Origin: Desulfobacterales bacterium
GTDB lineage: Bacteria > Desulfobacterota > Desulfobacteria > Desulfobacterales > UBA5852
Length of the DNA stretch: 64,000 bases
Assembly: GCA_963674755.2 (NCBI GenBank)
Contig: CAXXVS010000002.1
Location: 352,001-416,000 of the forward strand
Direction of reading: 5' to 3'
This document shows, piece by piece, positions 18,721-29,066 of the stretch. Position numbers and translations under genes: made by a program. Position 1 is the stretch's first letter. Every line of letters starts with the position of its first letter. The notes below the pieces were generated by a model. The model ran no database searches and was not told where the DNA came from. It saw nothing but the letters and a program-made list of their open reading frames with translations.

Positions 18721-18959
18721 CCTGATCGCACCCCGACCGCCGTCGCCGATCCTGAATTGACGCCCTTGTCGGAACGGCCTCGGCCGGAAATCCCCGCCGC
18801 CCCTGAATCAGAGCCGCTGCCTTGCCCTGAAAATCGTACATATGGTGGTAGTTTTGTTTTGCCTCTACAAGATATTGTTGACACATGCCCTATTTTTCGC
18901 TATCTCTGCTGGCTAACCAATCGTTGATCTCATCCCTGTGCCATGCCATGCGGAGCCCC

Positions 18960-19322
18960 ATGGAATCCGTTCTGATCATAGATGACGAACAGGCTATCTT
19001 GCAGGTATTCCACTATGCCCTGACCCGCAGCGGCTACGACGTCGCGACGGCGGTCGATGGGCGCGAGGGGCTGCGGAAGTTCCTGGAGGGGCGGTTCGAT
19101 CTCGTCGTCACCGATGTGCTGGTGCAAGGCATGGATGGCCGCGATGTTTTGAAGCAGATCCGTTCTTCCGATAGGCATCAGACCCCGGTCATCGGCATGT
19201 CGGGAACACCGTGGCTTCTCGATAACGCCGGCTTCGATCAGGTTCTGGAAAAACCCTTTTCAATCCATCATCTGGTGGCATCCATCCAAGGCCTCATCAA
19301 AGCCAGTCTGCCGGCCGCTTGA
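18960..19322 (+). CDS. Single-domain response regulator
   Basis: VLIIDDE, LVVTD, MSG, KPF; GGAG RBS before ATG 18960. Confidence 0.85.
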   Translation: MESVLIIDDEQAILQVFHYALTRSGYDVATAVDGREGLRKFLEGRFDLVVTDVLVQGMDGRDVLKQIRSSDRHQTPVIGMSGTPWLLDNAGFDQVLEKPFSIHHLVASIQGLIKASLPAA

Positions 19323-19440
19323 TCGCTTTCCCGCCCAAATCCCACGCCAGTTCGTCCTGCGTATGCGGGGCCTCGCGTTTTATGACGCCAAGCGTTCGCC
19401 CGTCCGGCGACCCCGAGGCACTGTCCGCTTCGCGCTCGGT

Positions 19441-20640
19441 TCAATAGCAAAACTGGCCGTTGGTGTAGATGATGACCGACCGGCCGCCCTTCAAACGGGC
19501 CACGACCTCCTTGGGCGCGGTATTGACCAGATCCCAGTGCAATGCGGAAGTGTTGAACCCCAGAGACTTCTTCATCTTGGGGGTAAGGTCGGCGGGGCGT
19601 CCCCGGAACGTATCGCTGTAGGACGATCCCAGGGCGATATGGCAATTGCCGTGACGGCCGCCGAAGTTTTCATCATACAGGGTGTTGGCCATAAACCGGT
19701 TGATTTTCGAGAAGCGGCGGTCGGTCAAAGAAAATTCTCCCACCCGGCAGGCGCCGGGATCCATGGCCAATTGCTGGCGCAGGAAGGATTGGCCCTGTGT
19801 CGCGCGGGCCGTGGTGACCTTCCCCTTTTGGAACTCGAGGGTCACGTCGGCCACATAATTCCCGCTGCGGTAAGAGGGCTGGTTGGCGTGGTAAACCCCC
19901 CGGGTGCCATGCCAGTCGGGGGATGTGAACAGTTCGAAACTGGGGATATTGTGGCCTGACAGACCGATCCATTGCCGCTCCGCCCCGGGGGTGACCTGCA
20001 GGTCGATCTTCTCCGATGCCACATGCAAGGATTTCACTGCCAGGCTGTTGAGCCATTTCTTGATGGCCAGGGCCTGCTGGAAGATTTCCTGCCAATGGTC
20101 CAGGGGCTGGGTGCGATTCAGAAAACAGGCCTGGACCACCTGGGCCGCATAGGCCTCCAAAGACAGGTTCGCGTGGCGGGCCAGTTCAGGAGTTGGCACC
20201 ATGCACAAGGTCCAGCCGAAAAGACCTTGGGCGTCGCGTTGGTCGAGAATATCGCGCAGGGGTTTGCGGGCCACCGTGACGCGGCCGATCCGCGTGGGAT
20301 CGATGCGGCTTAAGTGGGTGATGGATTCGGGGGCATAAAGAAAGATGCTGCCGTTTAGCCGATGGAGGAGGGTGTCCTCGCCCGGAGGGATAAAGCTCAA
20401 CTGCCGCGGATTCGCCAAACCGTAAAAATCGGTCTCCATGGTCGGGGTCGGCATGACGCGCATCACCGGATGGATCCCGCGCTCCAGCAGGCGGCCGTGC
20501 AGGATTTCCGCCAGGGGCCGGGCGGGCCAATCGAAGCGCAGTAAAACGATGTCGTTTTTTTTAAAGCGTTTTTTGCGGGCCTTGGCAAGGGCCCACATCA
20601 TGACATCCGCATACCGCTGCCATTGTTTGTCGGTCAGCAC
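19441..20640 (-). CDS. Aminopeptidase, M29 family
   Basis: 'NIPSFELFTSP', 'VGEFSL', 'TLYDENFGG', 'HIALG', 'SALHWDLV'. Confidence 0.9.
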   Translation of the reverse strand: MLTDKQWQRYADVMMWALAKARKKRFKKNDIVLLRFDWPARPLAEILHGRLLERGIHPVMRVMPTPTMETDFYGLANPRQLSFIPPGEDTLLHRLNGSIFLYAPESITHLSRIDPTRIGRVTVARKPLRDILDQRDAQGLFGWTLCMVPTPELARHANLSLEAYAAQVVQACFLNRTQPLDHWQEIFQQALAIKKWLNSLAVKSLHVASEKIDLQVTPGAERQWIGLSGHNIPSFELFTSPDWHGTRGVYHANQPSYRSGNYVADVTLEFQKGKVTTARATQGQSFLRQQLAMDPGACRVGEFSLTDRRFSKINRFMANTLYDENFGGRHGNCHIALGSSYSDTFRGRPADLTPKMKKSLGFNTSALHWDLVNTAPKEVVARLKGGRSVIIYTNGQFCY

Positions 20641-20716
20641 GTTTTTTTTCTCTCTCTGGATTTAGGAGGGATGTCCGCATCCGCCCGCCCGCAATCGGGC
20701 GGTCAGCCAACGTCTC

Positions 20717-20965
20717 CTATCGGTCTTTAAGGAATAGCCGATGATACTCTTCTTCGCTCAGATGGTTTTTCAAGAGACGGCCCAAGGTATCGAAAAATTC
20801 CAGCCGTTCATTCTCTGTCATGCGCTCCGCCAATGTACGGGCCAGGGCGTCATCGGCGATTTTTTGAAGATAGAATACAATTGTGTTGATATCGGAATCT
20901 TGATCCAGCCCGAAACCCACGAATCCGTCATATTCTTCCACAAAACGATGGGAGTGTCTGACCAT
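20717..20965 (-). CDS. Small hypothetical cytoplasmic protein
   Basis: MVRHSHRFVEEYDG...HLSEEEYHRLFLKD; start trimmed to ATG 20965. Confidence 0.7.
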   Translation of the reverse strand: MVRHSHRFVEEYDGFVGFGLDQDSDINTIVFYLQKIADDALARTLAERMTENERLEFFDTLGRLLKNHLSEEEYHRLFLKDR

Positions 20966-21185
20966 GTGTGTTATAAGTCCCTTCCCGATGGGGGCTGAAC
21001 GACAGGACGGAGCCTTGTTCGGCATCTGCGGCCGGCAAGCTGGCGCAGACCGAAGGCCCGGATTCCTGTGACAACAGACCCTATCCGGTCACCATAGATC
21101 ACCTGACCGCAACGGTCAATGTCTGACGATCCAGAAAAATTTGCGCTTTCCAAAGGCGTACCCAGACGCGGAGACGGATACCCTC

Positions 21186-22091
21186 ATGATCCTAGAATGC
21201 GACTATTTTACGACCCACGACGGCCTTGCGATACGCTGGGGGGCGGCCGCCGCGAACGCCACACCGGCACGGGGCACCGTTTTGTTCCTCAACGGTCGTA
21301 CGGAGTATATGGAAAAATACGCCGAAGTCTGCGAGGCGCTGTCTGAACGGGGCTTTGCGGTCTACAGTCTGGACTGGCGGGGGCAGGGCCTTTCCGACCG
21401 GCTGCTGCCCGACAGCCAGAAGGGTCATGTGGACGACTTTGAGGATTATCTGCGCGATCTGGAGCAGTTGATGACGATCGTGCAACATCGTGGCGCCCCT
21501 CTGCCATTCGTTCTTCTCGGTCATTCCATGGGGGGCCATCTGGCCCTGCGCTTTCTCGCAAGGCACCCGGAGCAGTTTGCCTGCGGCGTTTTGTCTTCTC
21601 CCATGATCGACATTCAGGTGCCGAAATTCCTGCCCCGCCGGCTGCTGCGCTGGCTGGTTCGTAGGGCGCTGCGGCGGGGGCAGTCGGAAAGCTATGTATT
21701 CGGTGCCGGTCCCTTCGGTGCCCGTGATCGTCGCTTCGAGGGCAATCCCCTGACTTCCGACCGCACGCGTTTCCAACGCAATGTGGATATGATCGCGCGC
21801 GATCCGCGCTTGGCGCTGGGCGGTGTCACTTTCGGCTGGTTGTCCGCCGCCCTGCGCTCCATCGACGATATTGCCGCACCGCACTTCGTCCGCACCTTGG
21901 CCGTGCCGCTCCTCATGGTGACGGCCACGGAGGACCGAATTGTCTCGCGGCGCGCCCAGGGAGCGTTCTGCCAGCAAGCGCCCGACTGCCGGCAGCTGCT
22001 TATCGAAGGGGCCCGCCACGAATTGCTGGTGGAGACGGATCCCCGACGCGCCCAGTTCTGGCAGGCTTTTGACCGGTTTGTTGCGGGCTGA
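21186..22091 (+). CDS. Alpha/beta hydrolase, lysophospholipase L2 (PldB)-like
   Basis: 'GRTEYMEKY', DWRGQGLS, GHSMGG nucleophile elbow, 'GARHELL'. Confidence 0.88.
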   Translation: MILECDYFTTHDGLAIRWGAAAANATPARGTVLFLNGRTEYMEKYAEVCEALSERGFAVYSLDWRGQGLSDRLLPDSQKGHVDDFEDYLRDLEQLMTIVQHRGAPLPFVLLGHSMGGHLALRFLARHPEQFACGVLSSPMIDIQVPKFLPRRLLRWLVRRALRRGQSESYVFGAGPFGARDRRFEGNPLTSDRTRFQRNVDMIARDPRLALGGVTFGWLSAALRSIDDIAAPHFVRTLAVPLLMVTATEDRIVSRRAQGAFCQQAPDCRQLLIEGARHELLVETDPRRAQFWQAFDRFVAG

Positions 22092-22098
22092 TGTCCCC

Positions 22099-22893
22099 TC
22101 AGGTCTGGCAGTCCTTGTTGCAAAATCGCTGCACAGCATCGAGATAGATCTCCATCCCCCGAAGAAAAATATCGTTGTGGTTGGCGCCGGGGATTTTCAC
22201 ATGGCGCTTGGTGGGTGACGGCGAGGCGGCGAAGAGGGCTTCGCTGTCGCTGTAGGGGATGATGTGGTCATACTCGGCATGCAGGATGAGGGTGGGGCCT
22301 TTATAGGTCTTGATTTTATCCAGATTGGCAAAACCGGCTGTTTCCTCGAAGCCGATCGTTTCAGGATCGATGCCCAGCAGCCGCAGCAGCGGGGCCGCAT
22401 AGGCAAAACCACTTTCGATGATCAAGCCCTGGATGCGATCCGGGTGGGCCGCCGCCAATTCCAGGACCGAGGCACTACCCAATGACCGCCCCAGCAGAAT
22501 CAGGGGGCCGGTATAGGCGTTGTCTTTGAGCCAGTTCTGGCAATAATCCAGGATCAAATGGCAGTCCGCCATCATGGCCGCGACGCTGGGCGCGCCGCTG
22601 GAGCGTCCGTAGCCACGGTAATCCACCGCCAGCAAGTTGAGCCGGCGTGCATTGTAAAGCGGGGCAAGGTCGTCGTAATCGGCCACGATCTCACCGTTGC
22701 CATGGAAGAAAAGCAGATTGGCATCGGTGGTGGTGCCCAAATGGAAGCGGGCCCCGATGGTGTGATCGACTGAGACCGGGATATCCACATCGATTCCCGG
22801 TCCAGTGCCTGCGCCGGACCATTCCGGGCGGGGATGAAACAAGCGGGTCAGAACCTCAGGGCGGTCCAAAGTCGCGTAATTCGGCTGTGCCAT
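22099..22893 (-). CDS. Alpha/beta hydrolase
   Basis: FHGNGE, DYRGYG, GRSLGS, HAEYD, GANHND. Confidence 0.9.
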   Translation of the reverse strand: MAQPNYATLDRPEVLTRLFHPRPEWSGAGTGPGIDVDIPVSVDHTIGARFHLGTTTDANLLFFHGNGEIVADYDDLAPLYNARRLNLLAVDYRGYGRSSGAPSVAAMMADCHLILDYCQNWLKDNAYTGPLILLGRSLGSASVLELAAAHPDRIQGLIIESGFAYAAPLLRLLGIDPETIGFEETAGFANLDKIKTYKGPTLILHAEYDHIIPYSDSEALFAASPSPTKRHVKIPGANHNDIFLRGMEIYLDAVQRFCNKDCQT

Positions 22894-22985
22894 AGCGGGT
22901 TGCAGGCTCCTTTCGCTCTTGACTCCCAGGCGCCTATGCCGCCCATTCCTGAGGGAAAGAAAGCAGTTACAAGCGGCGATAGGCG

Positions 22986-23600
22986 CTAGGAGATTTCTTT
23001 TTCAACGTTGGCCTGTTCGAGCAAACGGGCCAGAAAATCTTCCACATTCCCCAAAGGGCCAGGGACCTCCAGAATGCGATGCAGCGTTCCGTCGCTCGTG
23101 TACGTGAAAGCGACAAAGGTCGGCGTTACCCGGACCCCCAACTGGCGTGCGAGCTGGCGGCTGCGGTCGGGAAAGAGTGGGAATCGGACATTGAAGCGCT
23201 TTCGGAAAGCGTCCACCTCGTAGTTTGTATTGCCCGCCCCGATACCGATGATCTTGATCCGCCCGTCCAGCGAAGGATCGGCTGCGATGCGTTGATAGAG
23301 CCGGTTGACGTTGGGGGCTTCCTGCTGACAATGGGGGCAGTACATGGAGAAGACTTCGATAACCACCAGTTCGGCCCGAATGTCGGCCAGGGGGAATTCC
23401 CCAGGGGCATCAATGCCGAGATAGGTCCGCTGATTCTGGTCGGACAGGGCCGGCAGCATCAGTCCGGATCCGGGGTCCAAGGACGAGGAGCAGGCTGGCG
23501 GGGCGGAAACGGGTCCCGTGGGGCTGGTGCAGCCTATGATCAGAAGCATGCTCGATAGATGAATCAGTATTCGCAATGGCGCATGGCGGTATCGCGTCAC
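22986..23600 (-). CDS. TlpA/ResA-like thioredoxin-fold lipoprotein
   Basis: LIIGC lipobox-like sequence, SMYCPHC motif, 'VTPTF' cis-Pro loop. Confidence 0.8.
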   Translation of the reverse strand: MTRYRHAPLRILIHLSSMLLIIGCTSPTGPVSAPPACSSSLDPGSGLMLPALSDQNQRTYLGIDAPGEFPLADIRAELVVIEVFSMYCPHCQQEAPNVNRLYQRIAADPSLDGRIKIIGIGAGNTNYEVDAFRKRFNVRFPLFPDRSRQLARQLGVRVTPTFVAFTYTSDGTLHRILEVPGPLGNVEDFLARLLEQANVEKEIS

Positions 23601-23726
23601 CCGTATCTCCTTCGAAGGATGGCCTTACAATAGACAGGATCGGCCGGAAAGGGAGGCCGCTAACTTCGATGCCATGATCATAGGGCGTCAGAGCGTGCCG
23701 TGCAAGTCGGCCCCGACGTGTGCCCC

Positions 23727-24944
23727 TCAGGTCGGCCGGCGGGCGCCTGGCCGGCCAAGCATGGCCAAACCCGCCAAGGCGCACAGGAGGGCTGACATCA
23801 GGGCCACCGCCCCGGTGCCCTGGGAAACCCAGAGCAGACCGCCCGTCACGGCCCCGGCCATGCGCCCCAGGCCGGCTACGGCCAACATCCCGGACATCAT
23901 GGTGGCGCGCTGGTCCGGAAGAATTTCAGTGGCCATGGACAGGGCGGTTACAAAGGTGAATTCGACCGCCACGAACAGGGCGAAAAGACCGCCGAGGGCC
24001 ATGGGCAACGCCCTATCGGTCCAGGGCAGGATCAGGTAGCCGACCAGGCTCAACCCGATGCCCATGGTCAAGGCCCGCGCCTTGCCCATGCGATCCGCCA
24101 GGCCCACCGTCATGAATTCGCCACCCAGCTCCGCAACGCCGATCACGCTCGTGCCAAGCCCCAGCTGAGCCACGTTCAGATGAAACTGCTGCTCCAGCCA
24201 GGCCCCATAGATGACGAAGATACCGTCGTTGGCCATGCTGACCAGAAACGCCACAGCCAGCATGGTCTTTGCCTTGCGTGACCTGAAGAGCCGCTTCCAG
24301 GCGCGCCCGATCTCGGCGCGGCCCGACGGACCCTCAGCACGGCGCGCCTCGGGCGGTAGGCGCAGGGCGATCATCACCATGCCGGCAAGGGCCGCCATGC
24401 CCATCACAAGGAAGGGCGCCCGCCAACCGCGCCAGGCAATCAGCAGGCCCAGCAGGGGAATTCCCACCAGGGTGCTGGCGGCCCAGCTGGTTTCAATCAG
24501 GCCGATGACCAAGCCCCGTTTGGCATAAGGAACCTGCTCGCCGACATAGGCCTGGATCGCCGGATCGAAAATGTTCTTGCCCAAACCGGCCAGGAAAAGC
24601 GCTATCAATACGACCGCAAAAAAGGGCAGGCTGGCGGCGGCGAGCATGCCGGCGGCCAGCACGAAAAGCCCCAGCAGCATCATGAAGCGGTACCCCAGCC
24701 GATCGGCAAAAGGGCCGAAGAACAAGGCCAGCAGACCGCTGGCCTGGTTGACAGCGATCATCGAGGTGATATGGGTGAGGGGCACCCCCATGGCCCGACT
24801 CAGGATTGGTGCGAAAGGGTAGGCAAACCGACGGGCCGTGTTGAGCACCAGCCGGCATCCCCCCGTCAGAACCAGATCCAATACCAGCCCTTGGCGACCG
24901 GAACGGGGAGTCCTGGCCCGGGAATTCGTGCAAGCCATTGCCAT
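23727..24944 (-). CDS. MFS transporter
   Basis: About 12 hydrophobic segments; motif A 'GPFADRLGYR' and 'GLADRMGK'. Confidence 0.9.
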   Translation of the reverse strand: MAMACTNSRARTPRSGRQGLVLDLVLTGGCRLVLNTARRFAYPFAPILSRAMGVPLTHITSMIAVNQASGLLALFFGPFADRLGYRFMMLLGLFVLAAGMLAAASLPFFAVVLIALFLAGLGKNIFDPAIQAYVGEQVPYAKRGLVIGLIETSWAASTLVGIPLLGLLIAWRGWRAPFLVMGMAALAGMVMIALRLPPEARRAEGPSGRAEIGRAWKRLFRSRKAKTMLAVAFLVSMANDGIFVIYGAWLEQQFHLNVAQLGLGTSVIGVAELGGEFMTVGLADRMGKARALTMGIGLSLVGYLILPWTDRALPMALGGLFALFVAVEFTFVTALSMATEILPDQRATMMSGMLAVAGLGRMAGAVTGGLLWVSQGTGAVALMSALLCALAGLAMLGRPGARRPT

Positions 24945-25248
24945 CTCCTTGGGGATGATCGATCAGGGCGATCGAACCGTCGGCCGTAGTTAGCGCTTAG
25001 GATCGGCAATTGCAACCCCGGAACAATTTCTGATGGGTGCTCGCCATGCCATATGGCCGTCTTTGACACTCAGAGCCGGAAGTCGGTGGCGGCTGCCGAA
25101 GGGCTCTGCTATGAATGCGATCCATTTTACAACTTGCATTCATCGTCCGGATGTTTTAATTTTCACTTAAACTCGTAAACGACACTAAAGCATCAGGGCA
25201 TCGCTAACCGACCGCCTTCGACCGTTTTTACCAGTGGGACAAATTGCC

Positions 25249-25857
25249 ATGGGAAAGAAAAAGAATTTGATAGAGACGGCTGTCAGGCTATTTGCCGACC
25301 AGGGCTATGACGGCACGACGACCCTCCAGATTTCACGGGAGGCGGGGGTGACAGAGCCTTTGATCTACTATCATTTCAAGGGGAAGGAGGAGTTGTTTAC
25401 CTATATCCTGAATGAGGCCTTCGATGAATATGTCGCCCGTCTGGAGGCCATCCCCCAAGATACCGCAACGGAATTCAGCAAGATCGAAAATTTGATCCAC
25501 GCCACGCAACAGGCGGTCGAGGATATGCCCCGCAGGACCCGCCTGGTGATGAGTTCTTGCCCGGCGCGCATCAAAGATCCGAACCATGTATGTTACAGCC
25601 GCATGGTCGACATTTATGGCTGGTACGAAACCTACCTTACACGCTGCCTGGAAAAGGGCATCGCCACCGGGGAATTCCAAAACGTACCGGTTGCCGAAAC
25701 GGCATTCATCCTGATATCGATGATCAACGGGATGAGCCGACAGCATTCCCTGCTCAACGGCAGCGGTGTCGCTGCCGCCCGTCAGGCAGCGGTCGAGTTT
25801 TGCCGCCGCAGTCTCCTGGTCGGACAGCATCCCCGTCCGGTCGTGCCCAACATGTGA
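25249..25857 (+). CDS. TetR/AcrR family regulator
   Basis: 'AVRLFADQGYDGTTTLQISREAGVTEPLIYYHFKGKEEL'; divergent from the MFS gene. Confidence 0.92.
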   Translation: MGKKKNLIETAVRLFADQGYDGTTTLQISREAGVTEPLIYYHFKGKEELFTYILNEAFDEYVARLEAIPQDTATEFSKIENLIHATQQAVEDMPRRTRLVMSSCPARIKDPNHVCYSRMVDIYGWYETYLTRCLEKGIATGEFQNVPVAETAFILISMINGMSRQHSLLNGSGVAAARQAAVEFCRRSLLVGQHPRPVVPNM

Positions 25858-25884
25858 TTCGCAACCGACAAAACAGGAGTTCTT

Positions 25885-26154
25885 TTGAGGACACCCAACG
25901 ATTTCCCACCCGGAAAGAAGCGACTTACACCGACCTATATTGTGTTCCACATCCTTTTTTCGGAGGACACCTGGCGCGTAGCGATCGGCATTGCCCTGGC
26001 CGTTGTGTCGGCGCCGATGCTGCGGCCCTTCGATCACACCGGTATCGGACGCTATATCATGTTCGTCGCGGCGGTCCTCATCGGTTGGGCGATCTCCAAA
26101 GCGCCAAGTCAATGGATTGTTCGACAAATCAGGCAGTTGTTTCCCAACCAATAG
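25885..26154 (+). CDS. Small two-TM membrane protein
   Basis: AGGAG RBS before TTG; two hydrophobic segments. Confidence 0.6.
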   Translation: MRTPNDFPPGKKRLTPTYIVFHILFSEDTWRVAIGIALAVVSAPMLRPFDHTGIGRYIMFVAAVLIGWAISKAPSQWIVRQIRQLFPNQ

Positions 26155-26291
26155 TGCTTTCCCGGAACATTTTTTTAATCCTGCGCAGCACCGTCAGGGA
26201 GGTCGCGCAGGGCACGGTGGCGCAACGCGGGCGGTCCGGATGCCATGTTTAGCGGACGCCTTTGGGGCGACGCATCATATGGTCGCGCGTA

Positions 26292-26320
26292 TTGACACGC
26301 CTGACACCGCCTTCTATACT
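26292..26320 (+). promoter_or_regulatory. Near-consensus sigma70 promoter
   Basis: TTGACA-17 nt-TATACT. Confidence 0.75.
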
Positions 26321-26496
26321 CAACCGAGATGGGGCGATTTGCCCTGCAGGCGGCAAACGACAGGCGCCCGTTAAATTCTGCCCCCTAGCGGGGAAACCGT
26401 GGCGGGGTGGCGAGGGTGCTAGGCAAGCCTCCCAGGCGGTCCGGTTGGCGATCGAAGCGTGCCGTGCCGGAAGCGGCATCAAAGAGGATAACACCT

Positions 26497-27510
26497 GTGT
26501 CAGATTTACAATTGGACGGGATAGTAGGCTGCAGCGCTGTGATGGTAGAGTTGTTTGGACTGATGGCGCGGGTGAGCGGCAGTGATTCGACGATTTTGAT
26601 CAACGGTGAGACGGGCACGGGCAAGGGCTTGGCAGCCCGTGCGATCCACCGCAATTCAGGACGGGCCGGAGGGGCGTTTGTATCCATCAACTGCGGGGCG
26701 ATACCGGAGAACCTTTTAGAAAGCGAGTTGTTCGGCCACGTGAAGGGGGCCTTTACCGGGGCCACGGCCAACAAAGTGGGCAAATTTGAGCAGGCTCACG
26801 GGGGCACGATCTTTCTGGACGAGATCGGGGATATGAGTCCGGATTTGCAGGTGAAGTTGTTGCGGGTCTTGGAGGAAGGGGAGTTCGAGCCGGTGGGGGG
26901 CAATCGCACGGTGCAGGTGGACGTGCGCGTGATCGCGGCCACCCATCGGGATTTGGAGTCCCAGGTGAGTGCGGGACTGTTCCGCGAAGATTTGTATTAC
27001 CGGTTGTATGTGATTCCGTTGGTGTTGCCGCCGCTGCGTGAGCGGGGTGAGGACATATTGCGGCTGGCCGAGCATTTCCTCGGGGAGTTCAATGGACGCC
27101 AGCAGGCATCGGTGACGGGGTTCAACGAAGAGGCGCGCGGGTTGTTGCAGCGTCACGAGTGGCCGGGCAATGTGCGCGAGTTGCGCAATCTGATGGAGCG
27201 CTTGGTGGTGCTCAAGGCGCAGGGTGAGATCACGGCGGAGGATTTGCCGGTGAAACTTCGTGGTGCGGCCCTAGCCCGTCCGATACTGGGCGGCGCGGTG
27301 GCGCTGAGTGAGGATGGCATCAACCTGAATTCAGCGGTGACGGAATTTGAAAAGGCACTGATCCTGCAATCCCTGGAGAAGACCCAGTGGGTCAAGAACA
27401 AGGCCGCCCGGCTGCTCAACCTCAATCGCACGACCCTCGTGGAAAAAATCAAACGTTACCAGTTGGAAACGCCGGGGAATCCGGTTGCGGCCAGGGTGCG
27501 GGAGTCCTGA
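26497..27510 (+). CDS. Sigma54 activator lacking an N-terminal regulatory domain (AAA+ + HTH)
   Basis: AGAGGA RBS before GTG 26497; 'GIVG' at once, GETGTGK, GAFTGA, WPGNVREL, FlrA/FleQ-like HTH 'KAARLLNLNRTTLVEKIK'. Confidence 0.9.
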   Translation: MSDLQLDGIVGCSAVMVELFGLMARVSGSDSTILINGETGTGKGLAARAIHRNSGRAGGAFVSINCGAIPENLLESELFGHVKGAFTGATANKVGKFEQAHGGTIFLDEIGDMSPDLQVKLLRVLEEGEFEPVGGNRTVQVDVRVIAATHRDLESQVSAGLFREDLYYRLYVIPLVLPPLRERGEDILRLAEHFLGEFNGRQQASVTGFNEEARGLLQRHEWPGNVRELRNLMERLVVLKAQGEITAEDLPVKLRGAALARPILGGAVALSEDGINLNSAVTEFEKALILQSLEKTQWVKNKAARLLNLNRTTLVEKIKRYQLETPGNPVAARVRES

Positions 27511-27868
27511 AAGCTCTCCATGGACAGACCCTGCGAACACGCGCCCAGTGGTTTCGGCATGTCCACGTCTGGTAGGCCTATGACGCCCGGGCGGTAGTCG
27601 ACAATGCGCGTACCGTTGGGCACTGTCGATAGCCGTTTTGAGCAGGATGCGTCGTGCGCTCTGCGGCTGCCGCCTGATGGGCCTGCTTAGCGGCTTTGAA
27701 TTGAATTGACAAAAACGGGTATCTGGGAAATAGTAAATCCTATTTGATACTTGGCAGTTGGGCCATCCTTTGACGTTGTGTTAGCGGCCCGTCGATAGCG
27801 GTCGTCAAAAACCAATCCCTTAAAAACGCGCTTCCGGTTGGGGCTGGAAATATTGTGGAGATTATTGC

Positions 27869-28552
27869 ATGGACGTTAGAATCCTTGTGGCCGACGACGA
27901 AGAAAGTATCCTCGATCTCCTCTCCCGGTTTATTGAGAAAATCGGTTACAAGGCGGATATCGCCCGTGATGTGTCCAGTGCCATCAGTCTGATGCAATCC
28001 CATCGCTATGACGTCATATTGACCGATAAAAATATGCCCGATGTCGATGGCCGTATGGAAGGGGGCATGACCCTTGTCAAGTATGTCAAGGAGCATACGC
28101 CGGCCTCGGAAGTCATCATGATAACGGGTTATGCGACTATTGAAACGGCGGTCGAAGCCATGCGTATGGGCGCTTTCGACTACATCATGAAGCCCATTCC
28201 GCTGAACGAACTGAAAACCAAGATCGAACGCATCCTCGATTATCGCAAATTTATCAACTCGGGGGATACCCTGCAAATATATCGCGCCCTCCACAACCAA
28301 GCGCTGACCTTGCTTGAAAACCGTGACGATCTGCCCGATGAACAGTTGGGACAGATGCTGCGGACCCTAGGCGGGAAAATCGACCATCTTTTCGGTCTGC
28401 AAAAGGAATACGAGACCATCATCCAGACCCAGGCCGAAGCCCTGGAACGGATCGAAACAGTTGCCCTGCACCTAAAAGACGCCCTGCCATCGGACAGCCC
28501 TTACATCTCGGCTGTGGAGCAAATCGAAGAAGAATCCCGCAAACGCATTTAA
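27869..28552 (+). CDS. Response regulator (REC + C-terminal helical domain)
   Basis: ILVADDE, TDKNMP, ITGYA, GAFDYIMKP, followed by about 95 aa predicted helical. Confidence 0.88.
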   Translation: MDVRILVADDEESILDLLSRFIEKIGYKADIARDVSSAISLMQSHRYDVILTDKNMPDVDGRMEGGMTLVKYVKEHTPASEVIMITGYATIETAVEAMRMGAFDYIMKPIPLNELKTKIERILDYRKFINSGDTLQIYRALHNQALTLLENRDDLPDEQLGQMLRTLGGKIDHLFGLQKEYETIIQTQAEALERIETVALHLKDALPSDSPYISAVEQIEEESRKRI

Positions 28553-28631
28553 GCGGCTGCCCAATCAGGCTACGGGAACTTCCCGGGAGGTGTTTTGTAG
28601 CTATTGCAGCAGCCAACAAGGAATTTTTATC

Positions 28632-28991
28632 ATGATGGATCAGAACCCGACCGATCAACTCGATTTCGAGCTGGACACCCGAAATCTCTACCGCGAAGAA
28701 TCTTATACAGACCTCAAAGCCGGTGCGATCCGCCGTCTTATGCCGGTGCTCTCCGACGGATCGCCGGATGCCTCCCGGACCGATATTTTCGTGGGAACCA
28801 CACAATTGCTGACCCCCGAGGGGCCGCTGCCCGTCCAAGCGCGGCTGGTGGCCAATAATTTCCAGGAAGCCCTGGCAGCCTATCCGGCGGCCATGCGGGA
28901 GGCAACCATCGAAATGATCGCCCAGCTGGAAGAGATGCAGAAGAAATACCAGGACAAGGATGATTCCCGCATTATCGTCCCTGGCCGTTAG
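28632..28991 (+). CDS. Hypothetical cytoplasmic protein
   Basis: AAGGA RBS; 'NLYREESYTDLKAGAIRRLMPV', C-terminal 'SRIIVPGR'. Confidence 0.75.
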   Translation: MMDQNPTDQLDFELDTRNLYREESYTDLKAGAIRRLMPVLSDGSPDASRTDIFVGTTQLLTPEGPLPVQARLVANNFQEALAAYPAAMREATIEMIAQLEEMQKKYQDKDDSRIIVPGR

Positions 28992-29066
28992 GCCTCCCAT
29001 CACCCCATTTCACCTGCTGTGCCGGCCATGTTTAGCCGCCCTTTTTGAGGCCGGGATCCCGCGTGT

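Noticed and set aside
26385..27452. Chain of minus-strand ORFs opposite the stand-alone activator, as an explanation for its codon skew
   Set aside because: Translations are typical antisense products of a sigma54 activator, with no RBS or motif support.
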